Shown here one piece after another: positions 11,604-25,455 of a stretch of DNA of 51,179 nucleotides (its first letter is position 1; every line of letters begins with the position of its first letter). The notes below the pieces were generated by a model. The model did not search any database, had not been told where the DNA came from, and saw only the letters and a program-made list of their open reading frames with translations. Source of the stretch: Octopus sinensis (taxonomy: Eukaryota); contig NW_021834187.1 in NCBI RefSeq assembly GCF_006345805.1, forward strand, positions 1-51,179, given 5' to 3'. The translations under genes and the position numbers were made by a program.

Positions 11604-11719
11604 CATACACGACATCCACAACACACCACACATATAGATATATACATATATATATACATATATACACATTATTATACATATATAAATGTGTATATATATA
11701 AATATGTATGTATATATAT

Positions 11720-11770
<51 letters not shown>

Positions 11771-11784
11771 TAAACCAAACAAGA

Positions 11785-11975
11785 AAGCACAAAAAAATAA
11801 CGCGAGGACGTGGAACAAATATAGTATTATTGGACGCTCAGGAAAGAAGGAAAGAAGGAGGGCTTAACGTTTCGAGCGGAGCTCTTCGTCGGAAACATAG
11901 GAGAAGGAAAGATCCAGAGAAGGGAAGACAGAGGAAAAAAATCGCCAACGGTACACACGAGGTCACATTTTGAAA
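11785..11975 (-). mobile_element. Second copy of the 365-575 element, with minimal hammerhead-like motif
   Basis: The minus strand reads GTTT-CCGACGAA-GAGC-tcc-GCTC-GAAAC-GTT-AAGC (11862-11896). Confidence 0.6.
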
Positions 11976-12089
11976 GATAGATAGATTGACAGACAGACAG
12001 ATATCTATCTATCTATATATATTTATATTAACCACTCCGTTAGCAAAGTAGAGCACCAATCTGCAAATTTCAATACCTTTCAGGATGCA

Positions 12090-12760
12090 ATTCGTTGGTA
12101 TTCCATTGTCGATGAAAAATTATACCAAAGCTAAACCAGAAAACCTAATTAAAGATTTACTGTAGAAAACCGAAAGCTTCTTAAAAAGAATAAGATCAAT
12201 GTTTACTTCTGTGAGAAAATACAACAGACAAACCCTTTAAAGAAATGAATTACGGCCTAGAAACGAACTATCGTACCCTGTACAAATATTCTTATCCAGC
12301 CATTTGAAAACGATTTTCTCATTATGAACCCCCCCCCCAAAAAAAAAACCAACAAAACACTTGAAACATCGAAACTGTATAAACCATTACAAAGATGACT
12401 TGCAGGGAAAAATCAACACTTTAAAGAACTGCAACAACAACCTCTTCGTTATATCGGATAAAATTTAGAATATATACGATGTAGAGCAAACTTACACATA
12501 AATTGTAGAGCACAATTTATGTGTAATGCCTTATCAAATACTTATAAAAAAACAAACTACGCTAGAGTGGACGAAATTAATACCTTTGCCTGAAGCAAAG
12601 CTGCTAAAGTAAATACTGAAGTAAGTTCCAATATACTAAACCAGCAAGCGTCATACATCAGTCTAAAAGACCACAAGTAAAATTCCTAGCGCTTTCCAAC
12701 TTTAAGATCGACAAATACGTTGAAAACTAACATAGGAATCGTACTTTTATGAATTAACCA
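12090..12760 (+). mobile_element. Decayed Penelope-like element, N-terminal/pre-RT region
   Basis: Frameshifted peptides KTESFLKRIR, FENDF, LFVISDK, TYKK..EIN and YISLKDHK..LKTNIG match my recollection of PLE N-terminal motifs (KRMRW, ADKT, ITLKDHK). Confidence 0.65.
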
Positions 12761-13132
12761 GCCTAGATTGGCGCTTGCAGCTGTATTGTATATATATATA
12801 TATATATATGTATGTATAAGGGCAGGATTTCCCTTTTAAAACTGTACTACAATGTGGATATGTAGAGTTCTATATATTAACTTCTTCATACTTGTGTGTA
12901 CGTGTCTATATATGTATGTGACTGTGTATACATACATACATACATACAAATCTGCACATATACATTACATATAAACATGCATACATACATACATACATAC
13001 ATACATACGTACATACATACATACATACATACATACATACATGCATACATACATACATACATACATACATACATGCATACCTGCATGCATAAATACATAC
13101 TTGAAGTCAGTGTGAGCAGAAATCAATTCAGC

Positions 13133-13215
<83 letters not shown>

Positions 13216-14236
13216 AACACAATATCGAACACACATACACAAGGTATCAAGGTATGTGTTTTGCCATTTCGTGGGTAGGCTGCTATTATTGGCATAAGAG
13301 AATATATTCTCATCAATTCGCGGTATTGACAAGTCAAAGATGACGAAACACCGATGTCTCACTTTCCCTGGTTTCGAACCACTCTCTCCTCTTGATTACC
13401 CTTTCTATACAATGTGATTTTATTCTTACAAACGTCCTTTACTACCTACGACCTCCTACACATTTGTATACGATTTATACGCGATGTTAGTTGCAATCGG
13501 CATTTTATATAGATTTATATAATTGAGATATTCCATGGGATCCCAGTATTGCTGGCTGAACCCATCTCAACAAAGGCCTGGAGAATGAAGGCCCAGTATG
13601 TCAACAAAAGGTTAGATAAGGATGTATTTCCTGTAAATTTAAGAATAATTCTACAAGACAGAACTGCGTCACATCTCTTGAAGCGGGACTTAAAATACTA
13701 CACTGCATTTAGTTGCCTCCCTTTACGTTCTGTGTTAAAAACCCCGCTAAGTTCATGTGAGTTATGGGTTCCCCCCGGGATCGGCTGAAATAAGTAGCCA
13801 TTAAGTATTTCAAATCTGGCTGGCTTAAACATTCATTGAGTTAAGATTCGCTGTACTTTGGTGATTAATTTCCTGTCAGCTGACTAACCAGTTGACTAAT
13901 AACAATAAAAGAAGTGAAGTAGAACCAGTGTGTGTGTGTGTGTGTATGTGTTCAATACTGGCATAATAACCGTCCCGAGATACAACAAAAGCTGCATTTC
14001 GTTCGCAAGATTGTTGCAAACCAAATCCAAAAACGAAATGTTTTTATATACTTGTAAGAAAAAGAAAAATCAAACACTGCGATCTTTATTTCATTCATAA
14101 CATGACTGTTGTTGTTGTTGTTTAACCCCAGCCCTGAACATACAGGTTTTTCACCAGGAGCATGTCAGCTGGAACCATTCCCGCTACTTCTTGTTTATCT
14201 TCAACTACATTATCTATCCAATATATCCTTACTTTT

Positions 14237-14884
14237 AAGGCGGCGAGCTGACGGAATCGTTTGCAAGCCGGGCGAAATGCTTTGTGATATTTTGTCTGTC
14301 TTTACGTTCTGCGTTCAAATTTCGCCGAGGTCGACTTTGCCTTTCATCCTTTCGGGGTCGATTAAATAAATACCAGTTACGCACTGGGGTCGATGTAATC
14401 GACTTAATCCCTTTGTCTGTCCTTACTTGTCCGCTCTATGTTTAGCCCCCTGTGGGCAATTAAGAAATAAATATATCCTTACTTTTAAGGCGGCGAGCTG
14501 GGAGAATCGTTAGCACGCTGGGCAAAATGCGTAGCCGTATTTCGTCTGGCATTACGTTCTAAATTCAAATTCCACCGAGGTCGACTTTGCCTTTCATCCG
14601 TTCGGGGTCGATAAATTAAGTACCATTTACGCACTGGGGTCGATATAATCGACTTAATACGTCTGTCTGTCCTTGTTTGTCCTCTCTGTGTTTAGTCCCT
14701 TGTGGGTAGTAAAGAAGTAGGTATTTCGTTTGTCTTTACGTTCTGAGTTCAAATTCCGCCGAGGTCGACTTTGCCTTTCATCCTTTCGGGATCGATAAAA
14801 TAAGTACCAGTTGTGTACTGGGTCGATGTAATCGACTGCCCCACTACTCCAAAATTTCGGGCCTTGTGCCTAGCGCAGAAAAGA
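14237..14884 (+). mobile_element. Tandem array of family-B tRNA-derived SINEs (full + full + 5'-truncated)
   Basis: GGCGGCGAGCTG heads at 14239 and 14489, B-box-like GTTCAAATT, and ATATATCCTTAC at 14221, 14471 and 14885. Confidence 0.9.
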
Positions 14885-15540
14885 ATATATCCTTACATTG
14901 TTCTCTGAGACGGCAGGTTATGTTTTGAAGGCATTTGATTCTAATTTCTAACAGGAGAATCAATCACGTAGATCTTCCATTCTTTGGTCACGTACAAGAT
15001 GGAAGACTAAAATCAGTAAACGTACATTTTGACAGCTTAACGAAAGAAAAACACTGAATCGACAATAAAGAATCGAAAATCGAAACCGTAACTCTGTGGC
15101 GATAACTGACTATTAAGAAACTTACCCACATTTCTGTGCGGTCTGCCCTAACGGTTCTACGATTGTGATACACTAAGCGGAAATGCCATTAAGTTTAGTA
15201 GAGACCTTGGAGTGGGTGAAAACGCCCAAACGCTATGTACTTTTAATGTGAATATAAGTAGGTGGGTTGTACAGGAATTTATATTTGTTTTACACTTCAA
15301 CTGGGTAACATTTATTTTCATTTCATCTTTTATTATCTTTATTTCACTCGTTTCTTCTTCACTGTTTATTTCTTTTAGAAAGTTTAATATTTATTTTATA
15401 CAAATATACACATATATTTCAGGAATTATATACGCATATACCAACGTTTTATATGTATGAGTGTGTATATGTGTATGTAAGTGTGTATGTATGTACATAT
15501 TGTACCTATGTATTCATACATACATATACATATACATACA

Positions 15541-15589
<49 letters not shown>

Positions 15590-15620
15590 ATATATATTAT
15601 ATATATATATAATATATATA

Positions 15621-15654
<34 letters not shown>

Positions 15655-15899
15655 CTGTGTGTGTGTGTATGGATGGATGGATGTATAAATGTGCGTAGAT
15701 AATTTTTGAAATGCTTCAAATACGGAACATTAAATCTCTCCGACCTGAAAGAGACAGAAATGTAACAAAGAAACAAAAAATGGAAGTTATTATGAAGCAA
15801 TTAAAATGCAATAAAATGTCAAGAAATTAAAAAAATACTGGGGAAAAAAATTCTAGCGTCTAAAACAAGCAAAAAATTAATTCATATGAAAATAATAAT

Positions 15900-16235
15900 C
15901 TTTTCTACTCTAAGTACAAGGCCCGAATTTTTCTGGGGAGGGGGCCTGTCGATTAGATCGACCCCAGTACGCAACTGATACTTAATTTATCGACCCCATG
16001 AGGATGAAAGGCAAAGTCGACCTCGGCTGAATTTGAACTCAGAATGTAAAGACAGACGAAATGTCCATAAGAATTTCGCGTGCTAACTTTTCAGCCAGCC
16101 CGCCGCCTTTAATATTCTTTACTTCTCTAGGCAAAAGGCCCGAAATTTTTTGGGGAGGGGATCAGTCGATTAGATTGATTGGCTCCACCACCCCACCATA
16201 AATTTCGGGCCTTGTGCCTAGAGTAGAAAAGAATA
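15900..16235 (-). mobile_element. Family-B SINE plus an extra tail fragment
   Basis: GGATGAAAGGCAAAGTCGACCTCGGC and TTTGAACTCAGAA are reverse complements of family-B core motifs. Confidence 0.8.
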
Positions 16236-16437
16236 AGTGAAAATAATAATAAACGTCTTTTGTACTTGTTTGACTTCGTAATTCTCAGACTCCGTCCTCT
16301 TTAGCGGTGTAAAAGAAAAAAAAAATCTGTTTTGACTTTAGACAAGTCTGGATATGGATATCTAACAGAATAATCTCTTTTGAAAGACTACACACACAAC
16401 GCATGTATGTATGCATATGTATATATATATATAGATA

Positions 16438-16486
<49 letters not shown>

Positions 16487-16984
16487 ATTATATATGCCGA
16501 TGTAAATGAATTTACACGCACTATATGTTTATGTATATATATATATAGTAGTAACAGAAAGAAGGAATTTCGATTATCCCCACGTGGTGAGTTGTAATAT
16601 ATATAAGAAATTAAAAAAGGAAAATACACACACTTTACATAGTTTTAATATAATTTTTAATATATCGACCGGCTTCGCTATCGCTATTCATGATATTATG
16701 TTTAACTTATTTGAATATGTATTTTCTTAAGAAATTTTGTCCATGTTGTGTGTAATGATATTTAAGAGTGAATGACTTCACAAGTAGAAAAATTAGAGGC
16801 GTTAATTGGTTATCGTTATTATTGTTATTGTTGTGAGCAAGGGAGATAACTGTACAACATTCGGTAAGGGGAGGGGAATATATATATATATGTACAGAAA
16901 AAAAAAGTTTTCGGAAAAACTTGTTTAGTGAGGGAATTTATTTACAGTGATGTAATCGTGAATTGAAATATGTAAAAAATATAA

Positions 16985-17620
16985 GTTGGTTATGCGTGCA
17001 TATTAAGACGTGTTCTGTATTTTTCAATGAAAGAAGTTTCTTTATTTAAACGGGGAAGGCTGTGAAATTTGGTTTGATGTTATCTGCGCATTTTTCTATA
17101 TGTTCATTGAGAGGAATTTGCCAGTATTGCGGGAAACGGATTTGCTCTTTATGTAGAGTGGTTCTCTTTCTTAAGGTCATACTCGTCTATCCAATATAGT
17201 TGTGTTCGCAATCCGAGCAGGTTATTACATAAATTAGGTTCTCAGAGGCACAAGTGAAACTAGTTTTAATTGTGAACTTCTGTCCTTGTTTGAAGAGGAA
17301 ATCCGAGCCTTCAAGTAAGTTGGGGCAGGTTCCACAGTTTGGGCGTCCACATTTTTGAACCGTTGGTTTCGTGGTTGTTTTGTAAACCTTCGATTTGTTA
17401 GTAGTCTCTTTAGCGGTTTGTATTGCTTTTTGCATTTGATGAGTTTGTGTGTTTTCAGGATGTCGTTCATTTTTTGGATCTCTAGTTAGTAAAAACTGAC
17501 CGAAGAGAAATCAATGAGGGAAAGTTGCGTTTTACATCCTCTAAGTTAGAAAAGATGGCAATACACGCATTCACGTGAGGATTGTTAAATGTGATGAATA
17601 ACGAGAAAAATTTATCGAAG
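16985..17620 (-). mobile_element. Penelope-like element remnant: RT-thumb linker plus GIY-YIG endonuclease pseudogene
   Basis: KCGRPNCGTC..FTCASENLIYVITCSDCEHNYIG*TSMTLRKRTTLH: Cys-rich linker and a GIY-YIG motif, with an in-frame stop and a frameshift. Confidence 0.85.
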
Positions 17621-17959
17621 AAAGGACTCAATACAGGATAAAGAGTAAACCAAACCTATTAAAAAAAAAGAGTCGACTTTCCTCTGATGTTCAAAAGCTT
17701 GTTGCCGTGATGTAATATAATGATATCTGACACAGTCACACAAATACAAATTTTGGTTCAAGAAACAATTTATTAATCAGCTTCAATACTTTATTGGTAA
17801 GCAGTTTATCGATAACTAAATGATGAAACGCCAACCAACTTCCTGCCAGTTATAAATTGGGAACATACAATAACGTATCCCATTCATGGAATTTTGTCTA
17901 GCGCTCTTGTGCTTTTTTTCGCAATCCACTATTTTGATAAGTAAAATGGTTTCAGATTT

Positions 17960-19240
17960 CAGTACCAGGCCAGTAATTAATTATTAGGGTGGGTGTTAGT
18001 CGATATCACCATGTCTACTATTGGATTGATACTTCACTTTATTGATCCCCAGAAGGATGACAAAGATGGCCCCAGTAGGATTTCAGCAGATGCTTTTTTA
18101 TCTAACGATTTAACGATTCTGCCACGCATTAAACTTTTGGGTGGGTGGTGGGGCAGTCGATTAGATCGACCCCAATACACAACTGGTACTTAATCTATCG
18201 ACCCTTAAAGGATGAAAGGTAAAGTCGACCTCAACGGAATTTGAACTCAGAACTTAAAGACAGACGAAATACCTATTTCTTTACTACCCACAAGGGGCTA
18301 ATGACAGAGGGGACAAACAAGGACAGACAAACGGGTTAAGTCGATTATATCGACCCCAGTGCGTAACTGGTACTTATTTAATCAACCCCGAAAGGATGAA
18401 AGGCGAAGTCGACCTCGGCAGAATTTGAACTCAGAACGTAGCGGCAGACGAAATACTGCTAAGCATTTAGCCCGGAGTGCTAACTTTTCTGCTGAAGGCC
18501 AGCAATTTTAGGGGAGAGTGTAAATCGAGTACAATGACCCCAGTATTCGACTGGCACTTAATTTATTTACCCTGAAAGGGATGAAAAGCAAAGTCGACTT
18601 GGCAGATAGAACCGATATCATAAGGCATTTTGTCCGGATCTGTAACGACTCCACCAATTCACCGACTCTCCTCTTCGTGGAAGTCAATTGTGGTTTATTT
18701 ATCCGATTGTATGCTTCCAAAGATATTAAGGCAGCAGGCTGGCGGAATCGTTACCGCGCCGGGAAAAGTGCTTAACAGCATCTCTTCAGGCATTACGCTC
18801 CGAGTTCAAATGCCACTGGAGTCGAGTTTGCCTTTCATCCTTTCGGGGTTCGATTAAATATGTACCAGCTGAACATTGGAGTCGATGTGACTGATTAATC
18901 ACCTCTCCTGAAATTACTGGCCTTGTGCCAATATTTAAAACCAATATTTCCAAAGAAATTAATGACTATGCTGAAGGAAGAAATCTGTAAATTCAGTACT
19001 TTCAATATTCAAAGTCATACTGGCAGCGAGCTGACAAAAGCGTTAGCACACTGGACGAAATGCTTAGCGGCATTTCGTCCGTCTTAATATTCTGAGTTCA
19101 AATTCCGTCGAGGTCCACTCCGTATTTCATCCCTTTCAGGGTCGATAAAATAAGTACCAGTTGAGCACCGGGTCCGATGTAATCGGCTAAATTCCTTCCC
19201 CAAAGTTGTTGGGCTTGCGTTAAAATTTGAAACCAATATT
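17960..19240. mobile_element. Cluster of ~5-6 family-B SINE copies (minus strand ~17960-18650, plus strand ~18730-19240)
   Basis: Repeated GTCGAC..CCTTTCATCCTTTC core motifs in both orientations. Confidence 0.85.
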
Positions 19241-19323
19241 GAAAGCCATGTCTCTATCTATGTTCAGACATGTTGGCTATAGCTGCTTTATTTTAATTAC
19301 ACTAATTAAAGTAACCACACTAA

Positions 19324-20875
19324 TCTATACTTTATAAATCCTGTTCTGTGTGTGTACGTGTATTTATGTGTGTAAAACTGCCGTATTTTTCAACTGATTT
19401 TCTCCAAACTGGGAACATACATTACTTAAGTTCTACAGATGGTTTTAGACTCTTAAAACGTTTCACATAATGAGTAACCGGCCCCCTGGGAGCAGAAAAC
19501 ACCCGTTCCTGGGTTACGTGAAGAAGGGAGGTAACTCTTTGCGAAGTAACTTTCAGAAATTGATTGTCTCTCTTACATCCGTTGGTCAATTGGCATAAAA
19601 AAAAACAGCAGTGTATGTAAAATTAATGAACAGCTGCTACTGCACCTTCCTGGAAGTCCTCACGTCTATAAGTCAGTTGATACAATCCGAGATCCAAAAG
19701 CGGTGGTAAATCATCTAACAGAATTTCTCAGTTCATTGGTGTCACCAGGATCACCTCCCCACAGATTGGAACTGAAAGTGGGAACTCCAATAATGTTATT
19801 GAGGAATTTGGATCCATAAACACTCTGCAATGGAACACGCCTGGTGGTAAAGAAGACGATACCACATGTTATTGAGGCCACCATTGTCTCAGAATGCGGA
19901 AATGGAGAGGATATATTCACACCCAGAATTCCTCTTATTCCATTGGGAGCAGAAATTCCTTTTTCATTGAGAAGAGTGTATTTTCCTATTCGTATCAATT
20001 TCGCAATGTCTATCAATAAATCCCAGGGTCAAACACTATCTGTGGTAGGACTTCACTTCTCACACGGGCAATTATAGCAATTATATGTTGGCTAAAGTGG
20101 GAAGCAAAAAAATTTATTTGCATTTATCTGGAAAACAAAGAATATTGTTTACCAAGAGGCTTTGTAGGAATTACATCCTATGATGTGGTCCAGTATTCAC
20201 TGCTCTTTGTGAATGGTGAATATGGATACTACTTCGGGCATAATACCATCAAACCCAAAGACTGCATCAACAAAGCAGTTTCCTACATTGACTTAAATAT
20301 CAAAGCATATTCTCCAATTACTCCTACCAACCACGTGGTAAGCCATTACGCCTTATTTTTTCAAGTAATTCATTACTACATATTCTAATGTTACTGCGTA
20401 GACTCAATTTATGTTTCTTATTCTACAACCACACCAGCAATCCAATGTCAACCCTTCGCCTTCAGCAACATTTCAACGGTTTTCTTCCCCGTTGTCGTCT
20501 CCCATTGCAGCCCCTTTCCGGAGCGTGCCCATTTACGTACAGTATCTCCACTATACCTACATTCATTCGCCTGTTAACCATACAACGGGTCGTGATTGAC
20601 GTAGCACCGACCGCCGCAAAGGAGAGTATATCCACTGACAGCTTTTCAGTGCGTTAAAAAAATCACACACCACCCTCAATTTTCCATGACAAGTTAGAGC
20701 CTAGAATCCTTCAAACGGACGCATGACATATCACTTAGTCGAATTAGCCCATCATTTACTCCATAAATATTTTGTCTTCAATGCTGCACTTTCCATATCA
20801 CATATTTCAGCATAACTGTAATATATATACAAACTATGTCATTTTAATCCCGAGCTAAGCCGGTATCTCTGCTAG
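19324..20875 (+). mobile_element. Non-autonomous Helitron with Pif1-like helicase remnant (~19690-20170)
   Basis: 5' A|TC, 3' GC-rich hairpin plus CTAG|T at 20872-20876. Peptides [29 protein letters not shown] and FAMSINKSQGQTL..FSHGQL are Pif1/RepHel C-terminal motifs. Confidence 0.9.
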
Positions 20876-20942
20876 TATATACATACACACACACACACAT
20901 ATATATATATATGTACAAATAAATAAATATATATATATATAT

Positions 20943-21027
<85 letters not shown>

Positions 21028-21437
21028 GCATATATGGGTACAGGACATAAAAAAAACGTTAAACACCATGAGAAACGTGACATGCAACGTAAAGAATATT
21101 CTCCTTCATTAGTTGTCCCTGTTTTATCTACTCCTCGTTTCGAAGGCGCTAGCCTACTACATTTTCTGATAGTCAAAAAACACTTTGTTTTGTTTTATTT
21201 TTGCTGTAATTGTATAATTATTTTCCTTTCATTGTCAATTTCATCGACTCCAGTACTTAACTGGTACTTATTTTATCGTTCCCCAAAGGATGGAAGGCAA
21301 AGTCTATCTCGATGACAATTGAACTAAGAACAATCAGACGGACGAAATTCCACTAACCATTTTTTCCGGCTAAGCATTTTCCCCGCTTAATAAAACAAAA
21401 GTATCCAGCAGCCCGCAACAGATACTCGACTCCTGTA

Positions 21438-21855
21438 CGGCGGCGAGCTGGCAGTATCGTTAGCACGCCGGGCGAAATGCTTAGCGGTATTTCGTCTGCC
21501 GCTACGTTCTGAGTTCAAATTCCGCCGGGGTCAACTTTGCCTTTCATTCTTTCGGGGTCGATTAAATAAGTACCAGTTACGCACTGGAGTCAATATAATC
21601 GACTTAATCCGTTTGTCTATCCTTGTTTGTCCCTTCTGTGTTTAGCCTCTTGTGAGCAGTAAAGAAATAGGTATTTCGTCTGCCGTTACGTTCTGAGTTC
21701 AAATTCCGCCGAGGTCGACTTTACCTTTCATCCTTTCAGGGTCGATAAATTAAGTACCAGTTACGTACTGGATTTGATGTAATCGACTTAATCCTTTTGT
21801 CTGTCCTTGTTTGTCCCCTTTGTGTTTAGCCCCTTGTAGGTAATAAAGAAATAAA
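21438..21855 (+). mobile_element. Dimeric family-B SINE with 16-bp target-site duplication
   Basis: ATACTCGACTCCTGTA at 21422-21437 and 21856-21871. The internal junction is at GGTATTTCGTCTG. Confidence 0.9.
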
Positions 21856-22404
21856 ATACTCGACTCCTGTAACTCTCAAATCCGGCAGAAAGCTCTGTAC
21901 ATTACGCTAAGAGATCTCTGACAATTCATATTAATATTGATATATAATATTTAAATAAAGAAATAGGATTTGCTTAAAGAAGAAGATATCGGACATATAA
22001 TCTTTCGAAATGTTTCTTTTATGACGTAACAACAGCGAAGTCTAAATAAAATCCGACCATTGTTTAATTGAGACACCAAAACTGGAATTATGTTGATTGT
22101 GTTTAGTTTAATTCTAAGATAATATTAAAATATTTCACTGACTGCTGTAGTTGACAGACAGTGAAATTGTTTTTCAGTCACCAAACATATCCATGCATTC
22201 AAAAATAACGAAACGTCGAAATCTTTAAAACGAAATTGTGTGATATTCAGGCAAAGTTTCTCACTTAGCGTAGCCAGACATAATTGCATAGAAAAATTCA
22301 AACATTTACATAAACATACGTGTAAATATATGGTTATGCATATATTTATGCTTATGTGCATGTATAAATAGAGGCATACACACAGACACAGACACACACA
22401 CTTA

Positions 22405-22450
<46 letters not shown>

Positions 22451-22816
22451 TATATATATATATATATATATAGGTTTAATTTAAGAGACAGAATCACCCT
22501 CAAACAACTCAATCATCATTGAACGACATTATCCACAATAGGTACATATAGGACTAAATATTAAAATTATAAAAATCAATACCTTCAATTCTGCTTACAA
22601 ATCATATACTTTACATTATCTAGACTACGCGCGTTTCATGACAACATATTCCTCGATATTGCTGAAATAGAATGTCTGTATACAATACCATATTACAACG
22701 ATTATATTGCCAATCTTCAGGTCTATTTTATATTAACTTATCTTGCTATTTACATCGTATATTAAGACATGATAAGCACTATTATCTGTGAACTCGGAAT
22801 AACTTCCCTAATATTA

Positions 22817-22908
<92 letters not shown>

Positions 22909-22971
22909 CATATATATACATGTATATATATATATTTGTCAATGTTTGTCTTTCAATCTCTGCCTGCCTCT

Positions 22972-23032
<61 letters not shown>

Positions 23033-23406
23033 TTACTAGGAAAACGAATGAATCGTTTTAAATTTTGCGAATCTTTGTTAACTTGTAAACAATTAGAATT
23101 GCAAATTACAAGTTAACAGTGACTGGTCTTCATCACTCCTCATAAACTGATAATGGATTACTTCACTGTCAACACCGGTGGTGTGCTGTGGATCCTATAC
23201 AACCAATACATACATATGTATTGGTTACTCACAGCCTGAGGATTACTTGGAGGTACATGGCATGTTATAAAAACCTGCCCAGACCCACGACTCCAGAGCA
23301 AGAAACTATTAATAGTTCATATCTTTATACTGCACACATTAAATGATATTTATCTCTCACTGGATGAAATACCCTTTTGTTGATCTTACGTTAACGGAAC
23401 AGTATA

Positions 23407-23463
<57 letters not shown>

Positions 23464-23491
23464 TGTATATGCCTACACACACACATATATA

Positions 23492-23718
23492 TATTTCTCT
23501 ATTGCCCACAAGGGGCTAAACATAGAGGGGACAAACAAGGACAGACATAGGTATTAAGTCGATTATATCGACTCCAGTGCGTAACTGGTACTTAATTTAT
23601 CGACCCCGAAAGGATGAAAGGCAAAGTCGACCTCGGCGGAATTTGAACTCGGAACGTATCGACAGACGAAATACGGATATGCATTTCGCCCAGCGTGCTA
23701 ACGTTTCTGCCAGCTCGC
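23492..23718 (-). mobile_element. Family-B SINE
   Basis: Near full-length reverse-complement match to 21438-21675. Confidence 0.9.
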
Positions 23719-24154
23719 ATATATATATGCATATATATATAATGCATTACAGTTCGTAATTGAAAATAAACTGTAGCTATTGTACTTCATGCCTCTTTCA
23801 TCTGACAACATGAACAACTATTTCAGAATATCGAAAATAGATTGATAACAGGGTGGAGATAATATTAGCTGCACAACTCGTAATTAAGTGTAGTTTCGCT
23901 TGGGAGATTTTAGAACTGAAAAATATCAATAATATTGCCGAAGAAAGAGGAGGAAGAAAAAATGATAAGAAAGAGAATATTAGTATAGGAATGTAATTGA
24001 AGTTAGAATAAAATTTAAAACAAAAGTATTATAAAGATCAATTGGGTTTCCAGAGGACGCGAAATGTTAACTAATAAAACACAGTGTGTACACGCGTGCA
24101 CGAACACACACATACACACACACACAGATACACACATAAACGTATTATGGATTT

Positions 24155-24456
24155 GTTTGTTCCTTCTCGAGCCATGCCTGGCTCATTAGGGCCGGTTTCC
24201 CCGGTTTCCTGGGCGTATAGGTTCCCCACCTGGACGGGACGCCGGTCCGGCGCAGGTGAGCTGCAAGATGCAGAAGGAAAGAGTGAGAGAAAGTTGTGGC
24301 GAAAGAGTCGGCAGAGGTTCGCCATTACCTACTGCCTGAGCCGCGTGGAGCTTAGGTGTTTTCGCTCATAAACACGCATCGCCCGGTCTGAGATTCGAAC
24401 CAGCGATCCCTCGATTGCGAGTCCGCTGTTCTAACCACTAAGCCATGTGCCTCCAC
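24155..24456 (-). mobile_element. tRNA-derived SINE (head A', tail Y) with 11-bp TSD
   Basis: ATTATGGATTT at 24144-24154 and 24457-24467. Homologous to 34993-35278. Confidence 0.9.
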
Positions 24457-24589
24457 ATTATGGATTTAGGCACAGTAAAACGGGAGGGAAAATAACCAGT
24501 TTATGTAGAAAAATAAAGAATTGAAGAGTGGGTAAATGTAAATTGTATTGCAGTTTAGTCTGGTGGTGACTGAAGTAGATATTTATCAA

Positions 24590-25455
24590 ATGAGCTGCAT
24601 TTTAACAAATTGCAGACGTGTTTAGATAGCAAATTTGTGATTACTTTTTAGCATGAAGTTCTTCACAGCTGTACACAAATCGCATGTTTTATCCTTGTTT
24701 TTATATAACCTATATCGCTCAAGGATATTCCACTTGATGTTGAAATCAGAAGTATGTTCTCTCAAATGCCAGACATGAATGGATAATTTCGTTAAATTCC
24801 TATCTTCTGTTTGTTTGAAAAAAAAAAACAAATATAATTGCAGCAACGTTGTTTAAAGATGCCTTCCGCATTATCTTATATAGTGTTTACGTACTTCGTC
24901 AAGGTTTAGTTTTTCTAGAGGTGACTTCCATTTCTTATATAACCAATACAGCATTACGTGAGTGTTTAAATGGCCATGCGTTAGCAATTCTGAACGTACG
25001 GGCAATCTCAGCAAATTTTAAAAGGTTTATGAGTTGTTTGTTTCTTCGTATAAGTAGGGAAACTAGTAAATATTGCATTTGCATTTATGCTGAAAATGAT
25101 TATCAATGAAGGCTATGAAGCTCTTTAGACATTGAATTTAACTTTCAGCAGAAAGGAAATGGTGAACTCGATACTTGGGGGTTTCTTCTTTGCACGGAAC
25201 GGAGGTTGGTTAGGAATGTAAGTAATTTTGTCATCTAATCCACTAGGTTTTTGTGCATTATTATAGTCGGGGCCACTTTGTAGGAGATAAATTTTATATC
25301 CTTTAGTTGATGTTATTCAGTTTTTAAAATCTATAAGTTCGATTATTTTTGTGTTTTGTGTTAAGGGGTTTGTGTAAATTTGTTGGTAAATTGTGAGTAA
25401 CATCTAAGAAATTTCATACGTCATTCCTGTTATATCAGTTATTTTCAGGTCGAAA
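24590..25455 (-). mobile_element. Decayed Penelope-like element (RT C-terminus to endonuclease C-terminus)
   Basis: FDLKIT..NFLDVTHNL, IDNHF, AEGIFKQR and LSIHVWHLRE..FNIKWNIL..CDLC, with many stops and frameshifts. Confidence 0.7.

Noticed and set aside
13326-13358. Hammerhead-like TTGACAA-GTCA/TGAC-GAAAC..GTC
   Set aside because: The core is mutated and stem I does not pair, so it is at most a decayed relic. Similar relics at ~2205-2245, ~16655-16700, ~47395-47435 and ~51085-51115 were also not called.
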